DNA from: Mizuhopecten yessoensis | Lineage: Eukaryota | Length of the DNA stretch: 64,000 nucleotides | Direction of reading: 5' to 3' | NCBI RefSeq assembly: GCF_002113885.1 | Contig: NW_018408700.1 | Coordinates: 712,691 to 776,690 of the forward strand | Shown: positions 13,401 to 25,420 of the stretch, one piece after another | How the letters are laid out: every line of letters begins with the position of its first letter | Position numbering within the stretch: the stretch's first letter is position 1 | Program-made: the position numbers and the translations under genes | The notes under the pieces: generated by a model | The model's input: the letters and a program-made list of their open reading frames with translations, nothing else | Databases searched by the model: none | What the model was told of the DNA's origin: nothing

Positions 13401-16400
13401 ACTCGATGACAGTAACCTACATTGTGCAACATGAAAATAATTGTCACCTCACGACAAAGGTCTTCGACATTATTACATAACTACCAAACTCTACGACATT
13501 AACCTTCATTATGATACTAATAGTCACCTCGCTATTTAACTCAATGGAAAAGCAACGTCTTAAAATTCAAGATTATTGTTAAAGTTTCTCTCATTTTGTT
13601 GCCCTTTTTATTGTCCACTCATTCCTTCTGTCGTATTTTGTTTTGTTATAATTTACCGCAAAATACCAGCAAATATCAGGGAAAGCCGTTCGTGACTTTT
13701 TATTGTTAAAATGTATTTCGTTAGTTGTGAACATTTGTTAGATGAACCGTAAAGATGTATTATCTTTCTGGATATTGATCGCTTTGTTACTTTTCTTTAT
13801 ATTACCATGTGACCTGTCGTTCCGGATGCAAAGGTTTTGAAGAAACATGACCTCAATGGGGACGGTAAGATTGACATGAACGAAATGAAAAACGTATTTG
13901 CTGACGTAAGTAACTCTTTTGAATGCATTTAAAAGACTTTTTCATGTCGGAACTGGCGTGTTTGTGTTTATTGTTAGACCCTATATCATACCGGTATATA
14001 TGTGTTTTATATTCTATAATCCATCTATCATATGCAGATAGACGTGTTTGTATATATTGCAAATAACCGTATGTTATTGGAATTCGCGTATTTGTGTATT
14101 ATGCAATTTATCTAATCTGTTATATATGGGGATGGACATTTTTGTATATATCATTATTAAGCCTATGTTATTGGAATCCGCGTATTTGTGTATTTTGTAA
14201 TTAATATATCATATGTGGACAGACGTTTATGTGTATATTGTAATTAACGTTGTGCTACGTCGACGACAAGCGTCACTTTCATTAGATGTTACGTTGAATG
14301 CGAATCACGGAGGCAGACACTTGACTATTTTCCTTATGGTAGAATACATATAATCGATATATAAAGAAATATTTACAGTTCACGCCAATATTCACTCAAT
14401 AACCATTGTTTCCGCAACTTGATTTATCGTCTTATAATCTGACAATTAAACGTAACCAGTTTCTATGTCGTAGACAATAACACATGTTGGCGAAGCTATG
14501 CCAATTTTTCACGAACGAGACACAATTGTGTGACGAAATTAATGTTGGAGGAGTTAACCGGGGACTTGTACAAATTTAGACTGTTACTTTTATTGAATCG
14601 CACAGATGTTTATAACTTTTGAAATTAATTTCTTATCCGCTGATCAGACTTGTGAATAAAATAGTTTTTAACCATTTACAGCAAAATGCATTTAATATAA
14701 AGAGCAGAATTCTAATTTGGTCAAGTTATGAGGTAATACCTCAGTTGGGCATGCGTAAATTTATCATAAGGGCAATTCGCCATCTATTCAATTTACACCT
14801 GCTCAACTTAATTAATCAACTCATAACCAGGCAAAAATAGAAACATTTTCTTTAAATATATCACCTCGGTTTCAGAAATATATTACCCAGACCGAATTGG
14901 ACCTGTGTTTACTAACCATTAACGTTCTAACTTTATTTTCCAACACAATAGGTGCACATATGTTGATTAGTTTTAGGCTGAGTATGTGATAAATTGCGTT
15001 TTCCCTTCCGGAAGTGTTTGTGTACACTGTAATATATCGTGTTGTAATACATCGTGTTATGTCGAGACATACATTGTACACGTTTGTGTATATTGTAAAT
15101 AATTCGTGTAATGTCGGGGTCAGACATATTTGTGTATACTTATTATATTGTGTTATTTCGATACATACAACTTTGTGCATATTGTAAATATATCGTGTAA
15201 TGTCGGGACAGACATATTTTTGTATACTTAATATATCGTGTTGTGTCGAGAGATACAAGCTTGTGTATATTATAATATATCGTGTAATGTCAGACAGATG
15301 TATTTTTATATACTTAATATATCGTGTTGTGTCCGGACTGGCAATTTTGTGTACACTGTAATATATCGTGTTATGTTGGGACAGACAAGTTTGATCGTAT
15401 GCTGTCATGATACACGTGTAATGTATCACATTTGAATAGACTTGTACGGGTATAAATAAATCAAAGGAGCATGGTGCAAATAGATTTTATTAAAAAATGA
15501 TCTAGGACATGATGTTTATTGTATTTGTAATACAAAATAATTGTCATTCTTATTCACAATGTCGTTTTTTTATAATCCGAAACTCTTCTTTAAACTTGTT
15601 ATACGGTTCCCCGATGTCACTGTCAGTTTGATGTTTATTCATAGCTTGAAATGTTAAATGAGTAGCTCTGGTACCTTAGTATAATATTTGAAAATAAAAT
15701 ATGAAAACTTAAGGACGATGTGTCATCAATGAAGTGTTAACTTTGTTTGACCTCTTCACGTCGATATTTCAGTTCGTTCTTTAGTGCTAATATGTGGGTG
15801 GCAACGTTTTATCTGTAAAGCGCTTGTGATGTCATTCACAATTGTTTTCCCTCGTAAAATACCAGTATCAGCAACGGTCGCGCTAACTGTTGTTTTAAGA
15901 CATGTTCAATCCAGAGATTGTACGACTGTCCCGCGTATTTCTTTTTATTTTGTTTACAGACCCTCACTCAATGCTCTTCTGTGATTTGGTTGCATCCGTG
16001 CTTGATCTATCCTCTTAACTCTGGTACCTTAGCACACTTGTGCTTTCCTGAATTTTGGTTTAAGTTCACATCGGTTCCTCCTCTGTTTCCGAACTGACAT
16101 TTTGTTCAGATTTTTTTCTTACATTTTGATGATGTGACCTATCTTATTCATATATTTTGGTGCTGTGTTATAGTTTGTCTTTGTTTGTGTGGAAGAAGTA
16201 AAAAGTCGAAATCTAATCTTAGTTGTTTTTATTAAATGTGAAAAATTGAACTCATTCATCAACAGCAAAATGAATGAGCTTTTAATATTGACAATAACGA
16301 TCATCGACTAGTCGGCCATATTGTGGAAGTGTTATCCATCAAAATCCTTTTTGTTCTGTAGTCAGAGTTTTCTAACAAGAGCAAGCGGATTATTTTTGGT

Positions 16401-19400
16401 CATGGGAGACAATGCGATGCAGTGGAGGCGTTCGATCTTCTTGACGCTAATAGCGATGGGCAGGTAAAAATAAAAAGGGAAACAGATAACCTTTTTATGG
16501 AACAATCTTCCGTTCGCTGTAAAATCTATAAATACTTTTAAAAGCAATTTAAGAACTTGAATTTGGTAAACATGAGTTACTTAGGCAATAAGGTTTCCGA
16601 ACAAAAACTTAATAGCTGTGTATTCGCCTTACTCATACAAAGACTTTTCTGAGTAAGAACTTAATGTCGGTATCTACGACTAACCAAGACAAAATCAATG
16701 CTGGATTAGAGCTTGATTTTAATCAAACAAATCCGATTATAGGTTCAAACTTGATTTTGGTATACATGACGTTTTCAGTTTTACCATATATTTATCTTTT
16801 ATCCACGTTTTATCAATCAGGTGACGTTCGATGAGCTAGTGACGTTTGTGGAGCAGCGAGAGGGTATAGATCTTCAGCAGCTGTATACGGGCTATAAACG
16901 GCACGAGATAGACGGGGTGACCTCATTCTTCTCCACCTGTCTCAACGCTGTCTTCCTTAATGCAAGCCGAATATTCATGGAGGTATTGTCATTGTTCGTG
17001 AAAGCGTTGTTTATCTGTGCATTATCGTTAATTTCCATGTTTATACTTTTCATTGTCGTTATTCTCACTGTTTATACTTTTCATTATCGTTAATCTCACT
17101 GTTTATACTTTTTATTATCGTTATTCTCACTGTTTATACTTTTCATTATCGTTAATAACACTATTTATGATTTTCATTATCGTTAATATCACTGTTTATA
17201 CTTTTCATTATCGTCAATATCACTGTTTATACTTTTCATTATCGTTAATATCACTACTTATACTTTTCATTATCGTTAATCTCACTGTTTATACTCTTCA
17301 TTTTTGTTAATTTCACTGTTTATACTTTTAATTATTGTTAATATAACTACTTATACTTTTCATTATCGTTAATATCACTGTTTATACTTTTCATTATCGT
17401 TAAAATCACTGTTTATACTTTTCATTATCGTTAATATCACTACTTATACTTTTCATTATCGTTAATCTCACTGTTTATACTCTACATTATCGTTAATTTC
17501 ACTGTTTATACTTTTCATTATTGTTAATATAACTACTTATACTTTTCATTATCGTTAATATCACTACTTATACTTTTCATAATCGTTAATCTCACTGTTT
17601 ATACTTTTCATTATCGTTAATCTCACCTGACACATTTACAGATCGAATACCATATTTATCTGTTGTATATATGCCTACTGATAGTCCTACCCTTTCACTT
17701 TTGTTACATTTTATTTCAACACCAACAATACAAGTCGTCAAACATATTTAGGGGTCACAACTAAAAAAGCTTTTACAAAGGTTACAATATGACATGGTTA
17801 GATTAAAGGAACGTGTTCTAGACAGCGGAGGCGATATTTCATCACGTAGTGGAATATTATGTATTGTGTTTACATGACCACAATGTCTATTTATCTAATA
17901 ATACAACATGCCTTAAGACACATTTTGTAAAAGTGATATGACGGTGGTATTTGTAGATACTCATTTATTATAATAAAACTGAAATTTTACAGTTGCTGCG
18001 TTTTGTAGAAATGAAGTCAAAAGTCATATACAATGTAATGACTTCAGAATGAAGTAGATTCAGTAGCGAGTAACACACCGAGGAAGTTACCGGTACAGTA
18101 ACATGTTGATGATAGAACTCCACTGGTTGTTATCTCAACATTGTTGTCTTGTTATTTCGAAATGACTTGTGAACTTTAGAGAGTGATTTTTCTACATTCT
18201 ACTGCCTCCCCAGGATACTCTCACGGTTAACATTACGCCCATCCTCGATATCCAGGGGTTACGCTCACATTCGCTCTCTACACCCCTTGAATATATCATA
18301 GCAAAATTGAAGGCTCAGTGTTCGCCACCTTGTTGATGAGACAAGAAGATTAGTTCGATACTTTGATATACATCAAACGAATCTCGCGGTCACGTACATT
18401 GCGCAACGGTAAAAATTGACAGGCTTTGAAGTCGGGCGTCTCTCCTTTGTAATCTTCAAAGGACAGGTATCAGCCTAACGATTGGTCAGGTGTGTTTTTT
18501 TACCTGAGACCAATCAAACAGATATCTATCTTCGTGCCTTCAATCTTGCTATGACATATTCCAGGGGTGTAGAGAGCGAAACTGAGCGTAACCTCTGGTT
18601 ATCGAAGATATTTTACACCCAGGAATAATTCTGATTCGCTGACTGTGATCACAGAAACAAATCAAAGTTTGTCTGAAAAAAAGAAAATTTAAAATTAGAA
18701 CCGATTCATCAGACGACATCATTATATCACGGTATGAACAAATTGATGTGCAGGTTTTGTTTTCATTAATTCCGAAACGAATTAGTTGTTTAATACTTAT
18801 CAGGTAAAAAGTTTAAATTATTGTCCTGTTGGGACCTTCCAGAGGAAATGTTGGCCTTGACCTGCCTCTGGCTTCTACACATCTGGAAATAGTTTTGACT
18901 GTTGACTGCTTCACTGTTTTCTCGTACTTTCAAAAAACGCTTAACAGTTACTCCATTCCGTATAGGTTTATTGTCAAAAGCATTATCCCTCGATGTTGGT
19001 ACCAACATAGCAAACTGTTTTTGTTTATGTTTTCGTCGTTACAAAATCCCCTTGCTGCACAATTCTGCCAGCGTATTCGGATTAAAGGAAATGTACAACG
19101 GTGCATCATCAGGTGGCAATTATATCTATTCAGCAGTCGCTCCTTCCCTGTATTGTTTAATTTAACCAGCATAGCTTCATTTCTTTCTAAAAAAAACTCT
19201 TCATTGTATATTATACCAATTGTTTTCTCTTTGAAAAGTTGTATTTTGGACTATGTATCTCAAGCTGTAGAAGTTCCCGTTTGGTATCCGACGTCTTTCA
19301 TAAAGCTTTGAGCGTTTAGTGTTCAGTGACGTTATGTTAGTTGTTAAAAAGACGTTAATTAAATAACCTAATCGGTATCAAAAGAATCGGAACCAATTCC

Positions 19401-21224
19401 GTCTTTTCGTATTGCAGAGTTATCTTCTCTTGTGAGCAGGAATTGATTGTTTCGTCATTTGTTTCTGAGGGTTAAGTCATCAATGTTTGAGAAAACGACG
19501 TAATTTTCTCACACAAACCAATGACGTAACAATCAATACCTGCTCACAAGAGAAGATTCCTCTGCAAAACGCAAAGACGGAATAACCCCTGTTTCTGAAT
19601 GTTGTGGATTATTTTCTTTTATGAACCGAACTTCCTAAGTTTGTTGCTAGTCTGCTGAAAGGCGGTGTGAATATTGATCCAAGAAATCAATAAAGTGGTG
19701 CGATCGTGCCATGAAAGCAGAAATTAGATCCTAAACTGGCTGTGAACATAGTTTGATTAATTCATGGCTATAAATAAACTTCGCTGTCATGAAGAATAGT
19801 CGGTTTTGGAACGATGCTATAACAATCTTAAGTCGAAATCAAGGTCTAGCCCTGCTAACGTTCTACACTCAAAACACTGACTTTGATTTTATTTTGAAGA
19901 TTTCATCTCTATATTTTCTTATTGAAGTCCAGTTATGTATGATTCTTCTTCTCAGAAATGATTTGTCAAAGCTACAGCCATGTCAGTTTTTAATGGAAAG
20001 TAACAGTTTTTAATGGGTAGTAACAGTTTTTAACTGATAGTAACAGTTTTGTAACAGTTTTAATGGATAGTAACAGTTTTTAATGGATAGTAACAGTTTT
20101 TAATGGGTAGTAACAGTTTTTGGCAGTGGTACGGGAATCCTTCAATGCCGTTTTAAATTGATAATCGGTCAACCATCGATATTTATATACATGCAGCAAA
20201 AGCCTACTAGGTGTCGTGTGGGCAGCTGTTGCATCGACTATACCAAAATATGACGTTATTCAATATTTTATCGAAACTACGTCCGTATTCATACGTTCCA
20301 TACACATTTTATTACGTATCTACTTACATGAAGGAAGTGTAGTATGCCTTTAAACCTGACATATTTTAATCGCACAGCAGCTTTAAACTACAAAACGTTT
20401 CTTAACAGTACGATTCTCCCGGTAAACAATAAAGCTGTTCAGTAGACATTTACTCTTACATACCAACATGCAATGAGATACAACTATCGAATGGAACAAT
20501 TTATCATTATTTTCTTCAAACATGCAAGAATGTAACACTAATATACATAATGCTACATTATATAGTATTGCATTTGAACAGGGCTATGATATAGACCGGA
20601 CTGTTGGCATCAATACAGGGTACGTTGGATCGAATAACTATGACCTGGAAGAAAAGGATATCGATTTCTTGCTTTTGGTAAGATTGACTTTCGGTTGGTT
20701 TAATAGTGATATTACTTACGGTTAGGATGACATGTGGATGGTGTATATAGTGTTGTTGCTTTATAAACATGATTTGGAATACGTTTTGAGCTCTGAGATT
20801 TTAGGAATAGACGAGCCGTTATCCTTATACGATGCATCAATGTTGTAGATAAAATGAACACTACAGTTCCATGCAAAACAAAATTAAGGTGAATCTAACA
20901 TCGATATATTCAAAAATACTTGATGCTCAGATATCAGCTTTCATCTTGAGTATACACAACAAAATAATGATGACAGAGAAAGATGAGTTATTTGCATTTT
21001 CTTTGTACCATATCTCATTTTAGGTATTTTTTAGTGTTTCATTTTCTTCACAAGTATTTGCTACTTGTAAAATAGCTGGTTTTCCATTTCAGCAAGGACG
21101 CAAAAGTACATTAGCCTACTTGAAGTACTACGTTGAGAAGAGTGAGCATAGAATCAACAGTGAAAGCGTCTTCGAAACCGTTCCACTAACTCCTCTTACA
21201 CCGAAACCAACTCCTTTCACCTGA
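1270..21224 (+). CDS. Gene A (5'-partial, 11 exons): patatin-like phospholipase (ExoU/VipD-like) with two EF-hands
   Basis: GT-AG exons 1270-1406, 1726-1861, 6790-6888, 8120-8250, 11945-12048, 12387-12462, 13834-13905, 16362-16463, 16821-16982, 20582-20677 and 21093-21224 splice into one open frame (1247 nt + 1 nt from the missing upstream exon) ending in TGA. Motifs: GNPDVTFEQ, HPKTTP..RMSVSYP, FVDGALICNYP (catalytic Asp), KTLGF, EF loops DLNGDGKIDMNE and DANSDGQVTFDE, RTVGINTG. The exon structure is collinear with gene B. The GxSxG exon lies upstream of the window. Confidence 0.9.
1726..1861 (+). CDS. Gene A exon (VYKMFNKEL...RMSVSYP)
   Basis: ttcag|...|gtaagg; 136 nt, paralogous to 50793-50928. 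Confidence 0.9.
2021..6092 (-). mobile_element. Autonomous PHIS-type (ISL2EU/Spy-like) DNA transposon in a gene A intron
   Basis: 13-bp TIRs GGGCCGGTTTCCA (2021-2033) and TGGAAACAGGCCC (6080-6092), 1 mismatch. Flanked by AAA on the left and TTT on the right, with no TSD. Encloses the intact transposase ORF. Confidence 0.85.
2892..4928 (-). CDS. DDE transposase (DDE_Tnp_4/Harbinger-ISL2EU-like) with HTH and C-terminal SWIM zinc finger, 678 aa
   Basis: Intronless ORF. HTH (LLLFWVKLK...LFGISKSSVSKTF). DDE motifs ILDGTYIYIQK, NDATI, VVDRGF, SRWIVESYHGRLK. SWIM CQC-x9-CAH. Cys-rich N-terminus. Confidence 0.9.
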   Translation of the reverse strand: MEGKCVGEGCQVYFKKRSGNKNRSARNVNSPQYKWLLDTLVQQGLMSAKEQALICQKCYMKYLRNKNQPEPEPEQNQEIEEEDDSPSHILPLLTLHDLLNGSSSHKKCCLCLVTFARNGTKSSVLPKRARHHLIYSHKLWCPTSSRVCSIHLIGNDLDPSTEVVLDGRGSLESQLPSKSSEIINDLLEVSHVLSQNQSAFTISFSSLDDSACMAWTGWSKDQFLEIHSHCSPYLSSGIYTKTTHDALLLFWVKLKTDISWSQCSSLFGISKSSVSKTFHSIVQALDTSIVPQFLGPDHLTREQLLGHNTVFSEAFFGDKATAILDGTYIYIQKSSDHKLQRMSYCGQKKRNYLKFMSIALPDGYILDTVGPFTGSENDATITKKVMDKLVTWLQPDDNVVVDRGFRDVLPVLEASGLNASMPSYLKPGQSQHSDVQANLDRTITKSRWIVESYHGRLKHWTFFRTQLVSNSFINVIEALLRTVTACLNGIRGPIYQRSPERDAKDRLMAERMKDRLTTPNGLAQRVKTDPDLSRRARSEFVKMDASSVLFPRLDLDYLRTITCGTYQISLAPGYIAEHLSDDGDYEVWLYQHSPDLLRCQIHSRHKSQTKYNVWIRFTVSPDVEAPIKDYYCQCPVGERTMGMCAHISSILYYLGYYRTLENPRPLQPQVKKFRQNLK
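6790..6888 (+). CDS. Gene A exon with catalytic DGA motif
   Basis: tccag|...|gtaagt; AFQPIKKTLPNGGTDFFVDGALICNYPVHCFD. Confidence 0.9.
6893..7300. repeat. 30-bp tandem repeats (two clusters)
   Basis: taaacggaacctagatttgaagatcctttg x5 (6901-7040); gatactttgtagacggtttcttgatttgat x3-4 (7191-7295). Confidence 0.9.
8120..8250 (+). CDS. Gene A exon (WWLSMKPED...KTLGFIL)
   Basis: aag|...|gtaaga; 131 nt, same length as 53142-53272. Confidence 0.88.
8629..8647. other. Assembly gap (19 N) within a poly-C tract
   Basis: Run of n flanked by C runs. Confidence 0.95.
9100..9432. mobile_element. MITE with ~74-bp TIRs and 9-bp TSD (MULE-like)
   Basis: TIR CATCCTCGATATCCAGGGGTTA... / ...CCATGGATATCGAGGATG; perfect TSD CTCAAGTAT at 9091-9099 and 9433-9441. 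Confidence 0.9.
10600..11190. mobile_element. Non-autonomous TIR element with AAA|TTT flanks (Spy-like MITE)
   Basis: AAA-GGACCAGGGGCGCTAATGG ... CCATAACGCCATAAGTCC-TTT, imperfect TIRs, no TSD. Confidence 0.55.
11945..12048 (+). CDS. Gene A exon (TSDEGPDLF...PDSKLA)
   Basis: tgtag|...|gtaaac; phase 0/2 as in gene B. Confidence 0.8.
12387..12462 (+). CDS. Gene A exon (EDLRKTIRR...VDEFIK)
   Basis: tgtag|...|gtacag; phase 2/0. Confidence 0.8.
13070..13530. repeat. Degenerate ~55-bp tandem repeat
   Basis: Recurring acctcaacaccaa...gtagttacctata...caatagtcacc motifs. Confidence 0.6.
13834..13905 (+). CDS. Gene A exon, EF-hand 1
   Basis: VLKKHDLNGDGKIDMNEMKNVFAD; 72 nt as in gene B. Confidence 0.88.
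15015..15430. repeat. Degenerate ~40-45-bp tandem repeat
   Basis: Recurring atatatcgtgttgtgtcg(a/g)gacagacatatt..tgtgta; related repeats at 13960-14250. Confidence 0.65.
16362..16463 (+). CDS. Gene A exon, start of EF-hand 2
   Basis: tgtag|SEFS...AFDLLDANSDGQ|gtaaaa. Confidence 0.85.
16821..16982 (+). CDS. Gene A exon (VTFDEL...SRIFME)
   Basis: atcag|...|gtattg; paralogous to 57374-57532. Confidence 0.88.
17020..17626. repeat. 31-bp intronic minisatellite, ~19 copies
   Basis: ttttcattatcgttaatatcactgtttatac repeated. Confidence 0.92.
18240..18610. mobile_element. Second, older copy of the 9100-9432 MITE family, opposite orientation
   Basis: Same TIR CATCCTCGATATCCAGGGGTTACGC. The interior is the reverse complement of the 9100 copy. 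Degenerate TSD cattacgcc/ttttacacc. Confidence 0.85.
19396..19583. mobile_element. Palindromic (foldback) MITE
   Basis: attccgtctt..tgcagagttatcttctcttgtgagcagg..ttgattgtt..cgtcatt / aatgacgtaacaatcaatacctgctcacaagagaagattcctctgcaa..aagacggaat inverted arms of ~70 bp. Confidence 0.8.
19984..20121. repeat. 20-bp tandem repeat
   Basis: taacagtttttaatgg(a/g)tag, ~7 copies. Confidence 0.9.
20582..20677 (+). CDS. Gene A exon (GYDIDRTVGINTG...DFLLL)
   Basis: aacag|...|gtaaga; 96 nt as in gene B. Confidence 0.88.
21093..21224 (+). CDS. Gene A last coding exon (QGRKST...PTPFT*)
   Basis: ttcag|CAAGGA...TGA. Confidence 0.85.
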   Translation, partial: QGRKSTLAYLKYYVEKSEHRINSESVFETVPLTPLTPKPTPFT

Positions 21225-22264
21225 ACTAGTTTCTCGCCCCAAAATCAGGTTCTTACGTCTAGAGCAATCATGTGGGTAAAATAGTGGCGTGTTAAAAAAT
21301 AGTGTTCTTTTTTACTCCTAAAGAACCGTCTCTCATGTCAAAAAACGAGTCTCTTATGTGCTTAACCTATTTCTCACGAATAAACTTATCCAGGTGTAGA
21401 ATAATGGGGTTGAAATGTATCACCCATTCACAGTATTGCAATGTATTTAGGATTATTCTCTTGCATTATTATTTAAGATAAATTTCTCATACTTTCCATC
21501 CGAGTCAGTCTCTTAATTAATCAAGTCATTATTTCACGTGTATTTACCCTTACTCTGGAGCATATTTCTATTACCACTGACCTTGTGCTTCTGACATACT
21601 CCGCGTTAAGTATCTAAGCAATTATCAATTTCCTCTCACTAACGCAAAAAGCTGTACCACACCACTCCACTTCACGATAAGTAGCCAGGTGCTTGCTAAT
21701 TACCTCACATGAATGTAAACGTTGACGTAAGCGTGTTTACTGCATACATAATGTAAAGTGAAATACATATCTACCTCAAATTCGTTACAAAAATATAGAT
21801 TTGTTAATCGTTATATAGAGAACAAAGGAATGTATACAATGTAATTATGACATTTCATTGACTGACTGTTTGTTCCGTTCAAGAGAATGCGCAAAAGTGG
21901 TCTCCTCAGATATATTATCTAAGTAAAGCATTAATAAGTTGCAAACAGCTTTGAGAGGATTAGAAATTTGAAGTCTTCTAGAGAGATAACAGAGGTGGTC
22001 TCTTGAGCAAATTCGACTGTATGTATATACAGAAATGCCTTGGTTATGTTGCAATTGCGTGTTTCATGAGCTCGTACGACATACAGCATTCCATGACATT
22101 ATGTTGTTCATTAAGTTTATTATCTAGTACGGAAGTTACAGTGCTTTGATTTTAAGGCTATTCTAATCATAACCCAATTCAAAATATTTTGAATTTAAAT
22201 TGGAAGGTTTATTTGTTCACTGTTCATTACTAATTGATAAGTAATGTTTACTGATACTGTTGTT

Positions 22265-22570
22265 TCAGGACACCATTGGTTTCTAGTGAAAGCTTTATCA
22301 GGGCACAAATGTGTAGTAATGATTACATAATGTTTACAGTACATTAATGACTTGTGATAATTAATCTTTAATAATGATAACATTATCAGGACACCATTGT
22401 TTTCTAGTGAAAGCTTTATCAGGGCACAAATGTGTAGTAATGATTACATAATCTTTACAGTACATAAATGACTCGTGATAACAGTATCTTTAATAATGAT
22501 TACATTATCAGGATACCATTGTTTAGTAGACATGCATTTATTTAATGGCACACATGTTCAGTATTGATTA
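22265..22570. repeat. ~121-bp tandem duplication
   Basis: tcaggacaccattg..tctagtgaaagctttatcagggcacaaatgtgtagtaatgattacataat at 22265 and 22386, degenerate third copy at ~22507. Confidence 0.8.
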
Positions 22571-23742
22571 CATTAGGTTTAGAACAATCGTCGTGATTTT
22601 ATAACTTTGTACTGTGATCACATTATCTTTAGTAGCGTTTACATAATCAGGGCACATTATTAAATACGGGTTATTTAATCTTTAATACAGTTGTAGAGAT
22701 ATTTATTGATAGTACATAGTTATTTTTTTTTTTATCTCGAATTGTTATCACATTATCGATACACCATTTGTGGAAGTTATATATCCGAAGTACAATTACA
22801 GTAATTATATTATCAGGATTGCAATGTATAGTTGTGATTACATTATCAAAACAAAAATGTTTACGACGGTGTTTAAATGTTCAACAAAGGCCATATCTTT
22901 TAAATATATACAGATTTTTTGCGGCTTTATCTCAGAAAATATCATTTGCATTTAAGCAAAATGTTACCTATGCTAAATCTGGGCCCGGAATCATCACCAT
23001 TTTCGTGCTCCAGAATGGATTTATGACAAAATCAAATGAAGAATTTTAGACGTTAAATGCAGTATTTGATTAAAATTCGTTCCAAACTGACGAACATGTG
23101 AAATATGAATAAGTTATCACTGGAAATGGAGGTGGGCTATATCAAATAATGGGAGAGAAAGAGGACGATTTCACAAATAACATTAAACAACATGACATTG
23201 TACATTTGATCGTATAACGTATTACTTACCATAGCACTGGCTTCAGGTCAATTGAATTTTGGATCTAAACCTGGTATTGTTTCAAGAAAAATTAATATGC
23301 ATTTGTGTTTGCATAATGAGATTAAATCGTTTAATTTGTTTATTGATAAATAACATGTGTTGTTGTTTTTTTGATCGGAGTACCAACAATACGTTTTCTT
23401 TATGGATATTGATGTTTTCTTTGGGTGATCACATCATTGTCTTGTATTGACACTAAGTTCAATTGTATTCTATGTAATAGTATGCAATTGGTACAGGCTA
23501 TTGTGCTGAGGAAGTTGTCATTCAGATACATATTTTGACGAACTACCCTGCTTAACGACTAATAACCTATCACACAAATATACCACTTACTTAATATCGA
23601 TACTCGACAGGACAACTTATTGGCAAACGTAACATTTAAGTTGTGCATGCAAATTATTTTCAGCTTAAACTATCAAAAACATTTTTGTATTCATTAGCAT
23701 TTAAGTCCTCCCTTAATATCAGTTTTACTAAAAATAAATACA

Positions 23743-24130
23743 TATATAGCGCCCTATCTAGCTTACATAAGCCACTCTAAAGCGCTTTACAGTACATAGA
23801 TATACAATTGTATACAATCAATACAATTAGCATATACATTAATCAATACAATATTGAGGAATTCGCAGGAGCTGCCTTATCAGGCTAGTCCTATGCCACC
23901 TGGCTAATATCTCCCTATGTTTGTATTGTGTTCTGTTTGTAGTGGGACCGTGTTTCTAACGGTATCATTTATAGTGCCACCTCACTTGAATGCTACAACA
24001 CAGATACCGCAACATCCACCCCAGATCATTTTATACTCCACCTGGGTTGTTGGAGTAGTGTGGGCAGGAGAAAACACATTTTCTGAATTTTCCATACGTA
24101 CGACGACTTCGGGTATCGAACCACTCGACC
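23743..24130 (-). mobile_element. Degenerate tRNA-derived SINE (Meta-domain-like core, L2-like tail)
   Basis: Minus-strand B-box-like ggttcgatacc at ~24112-24122, and a tail tgtaaagcgctttagag...gggcgctatata. The family is recalled from memory, not searched. Confidence 0.45.
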
Positions 24131-24753
24131 AATCCGCCCACTGTATCTTATGTGTATCTGTTGATGATTAATTTTACCGAGTTTTAATTGTCATATTTCC
24201 TCTTGTGTACATTTGATTTATTGCTGTTTCAAAAGTAATTCGATCGTGAATATTCACATGTGTGAGATAACACTGACTGGCGCAACATGCAAAGGTTTCT
24301 GAATTATAAAAGGACTGCAATATTGAAATTCGAGTTGCGTATTGTGACGTGTAAATGGAGACGTTATGAGTGTAGCAACGACATTAAATATTATTACTAC
24401 CTTAACATGACACGGCGTTAATGTAAGCTTGGCGGGAATTTCCTACATATAAATAACAGGATGTAAACAACGATATGGACAAGGTTGGTCAGGATATGTA
24501 GCATAACGAAATCTTGATAACTGATTTAAGAAACCATCAGTAAGTAATAACATGTTTATTATTTCTTAAGCATTGCTGCTAATGTATGTCAATAACATTA
24601 AAAAAAAATTGCCGTTAGCAAAAGAATACAAATAGTCTAACATTCATTGTTGAATTTATTTTATTGTGGTGTGACGGAGCCAATGGTTCGGCTTTGAAAT
24701 CATAATTATGAAACAATACACCGAATTCTGTTTACAGTTTATTTATACATCTA

Positions 24754-25420
24754 ACGTCACAGTAACCAAATCGGGACACATGAAGGTAAAAGTCACAAGA
24801 AATGTGCATGCTGCGCAAAGAAGTATTTTAAAATTGAAAATATGGATTTAAAGATGCTTATATACCAATAAAACAGTGTATGGACTTTATTTACTGCCAC
24901 TTATGGTTACAATCGAGGGCATAAACATCACAATTGATGGAGCCCATGTACCATAAGAAGAAGAAGAAAAAGAAGAAGAATCACAGTTTTAGTTTGTAAA
25001 TAATGACGAAAATGTCACGTTCTAAATTGATGCGCCATGATTTTCAAATTTGTATGTGACTTTTCACAATCCTAATATATCACAACTAATGGTAGTTTGG
25101 AAAAGAAATTCATTCGGAACGACCCTTGCATCTTAAATATTCCAAAGATATGCCATGTTCTGCTAAATACTTTTTTCATCTCATAATATAAGCCAAAACT
25201 GGTAGGGATGTCCCGATTTGGGTACAGCTACACCTGTTTCGCGATTACGTAACCATGACTATCTTTCCAGTTCTATTTATAGAACCACGCGCCAGAAACA
25301 TCAACTTGTTATCAAAATGAAAAGATAATGATAAGTGAACAACAATTCCTGGGATCGGTTCTATGGATGAAATACATCATTATTTCACTAAAATGTGTCC
25401 CGATTTGGGTACTGTGACGT
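24754..25420. mobile_element. TA-flanked MITE (Tc1/mariner-pogo-like)
   Basis: TIR ACGTCACAGTAACCAAATCGGGACACA / TGTGTCCCGATTTGGGTACTGTGACGT, TA on both sides; extra partial TIR at ~25208. Confidence 0.8.

Noticed and set aside
14872-15429. 185-aa minus-strand ORF
   Set aside because: It overlaps a degenerate tandem repeat (DITRY repeats) inside an intron.
18770-19311. Overlapping ORFs / decayed coding-like fragment in a gene A intron
   Set aside because: There are stops in the likely frame and no recognisable domain. It may be a TE relic but cannot be assigned.
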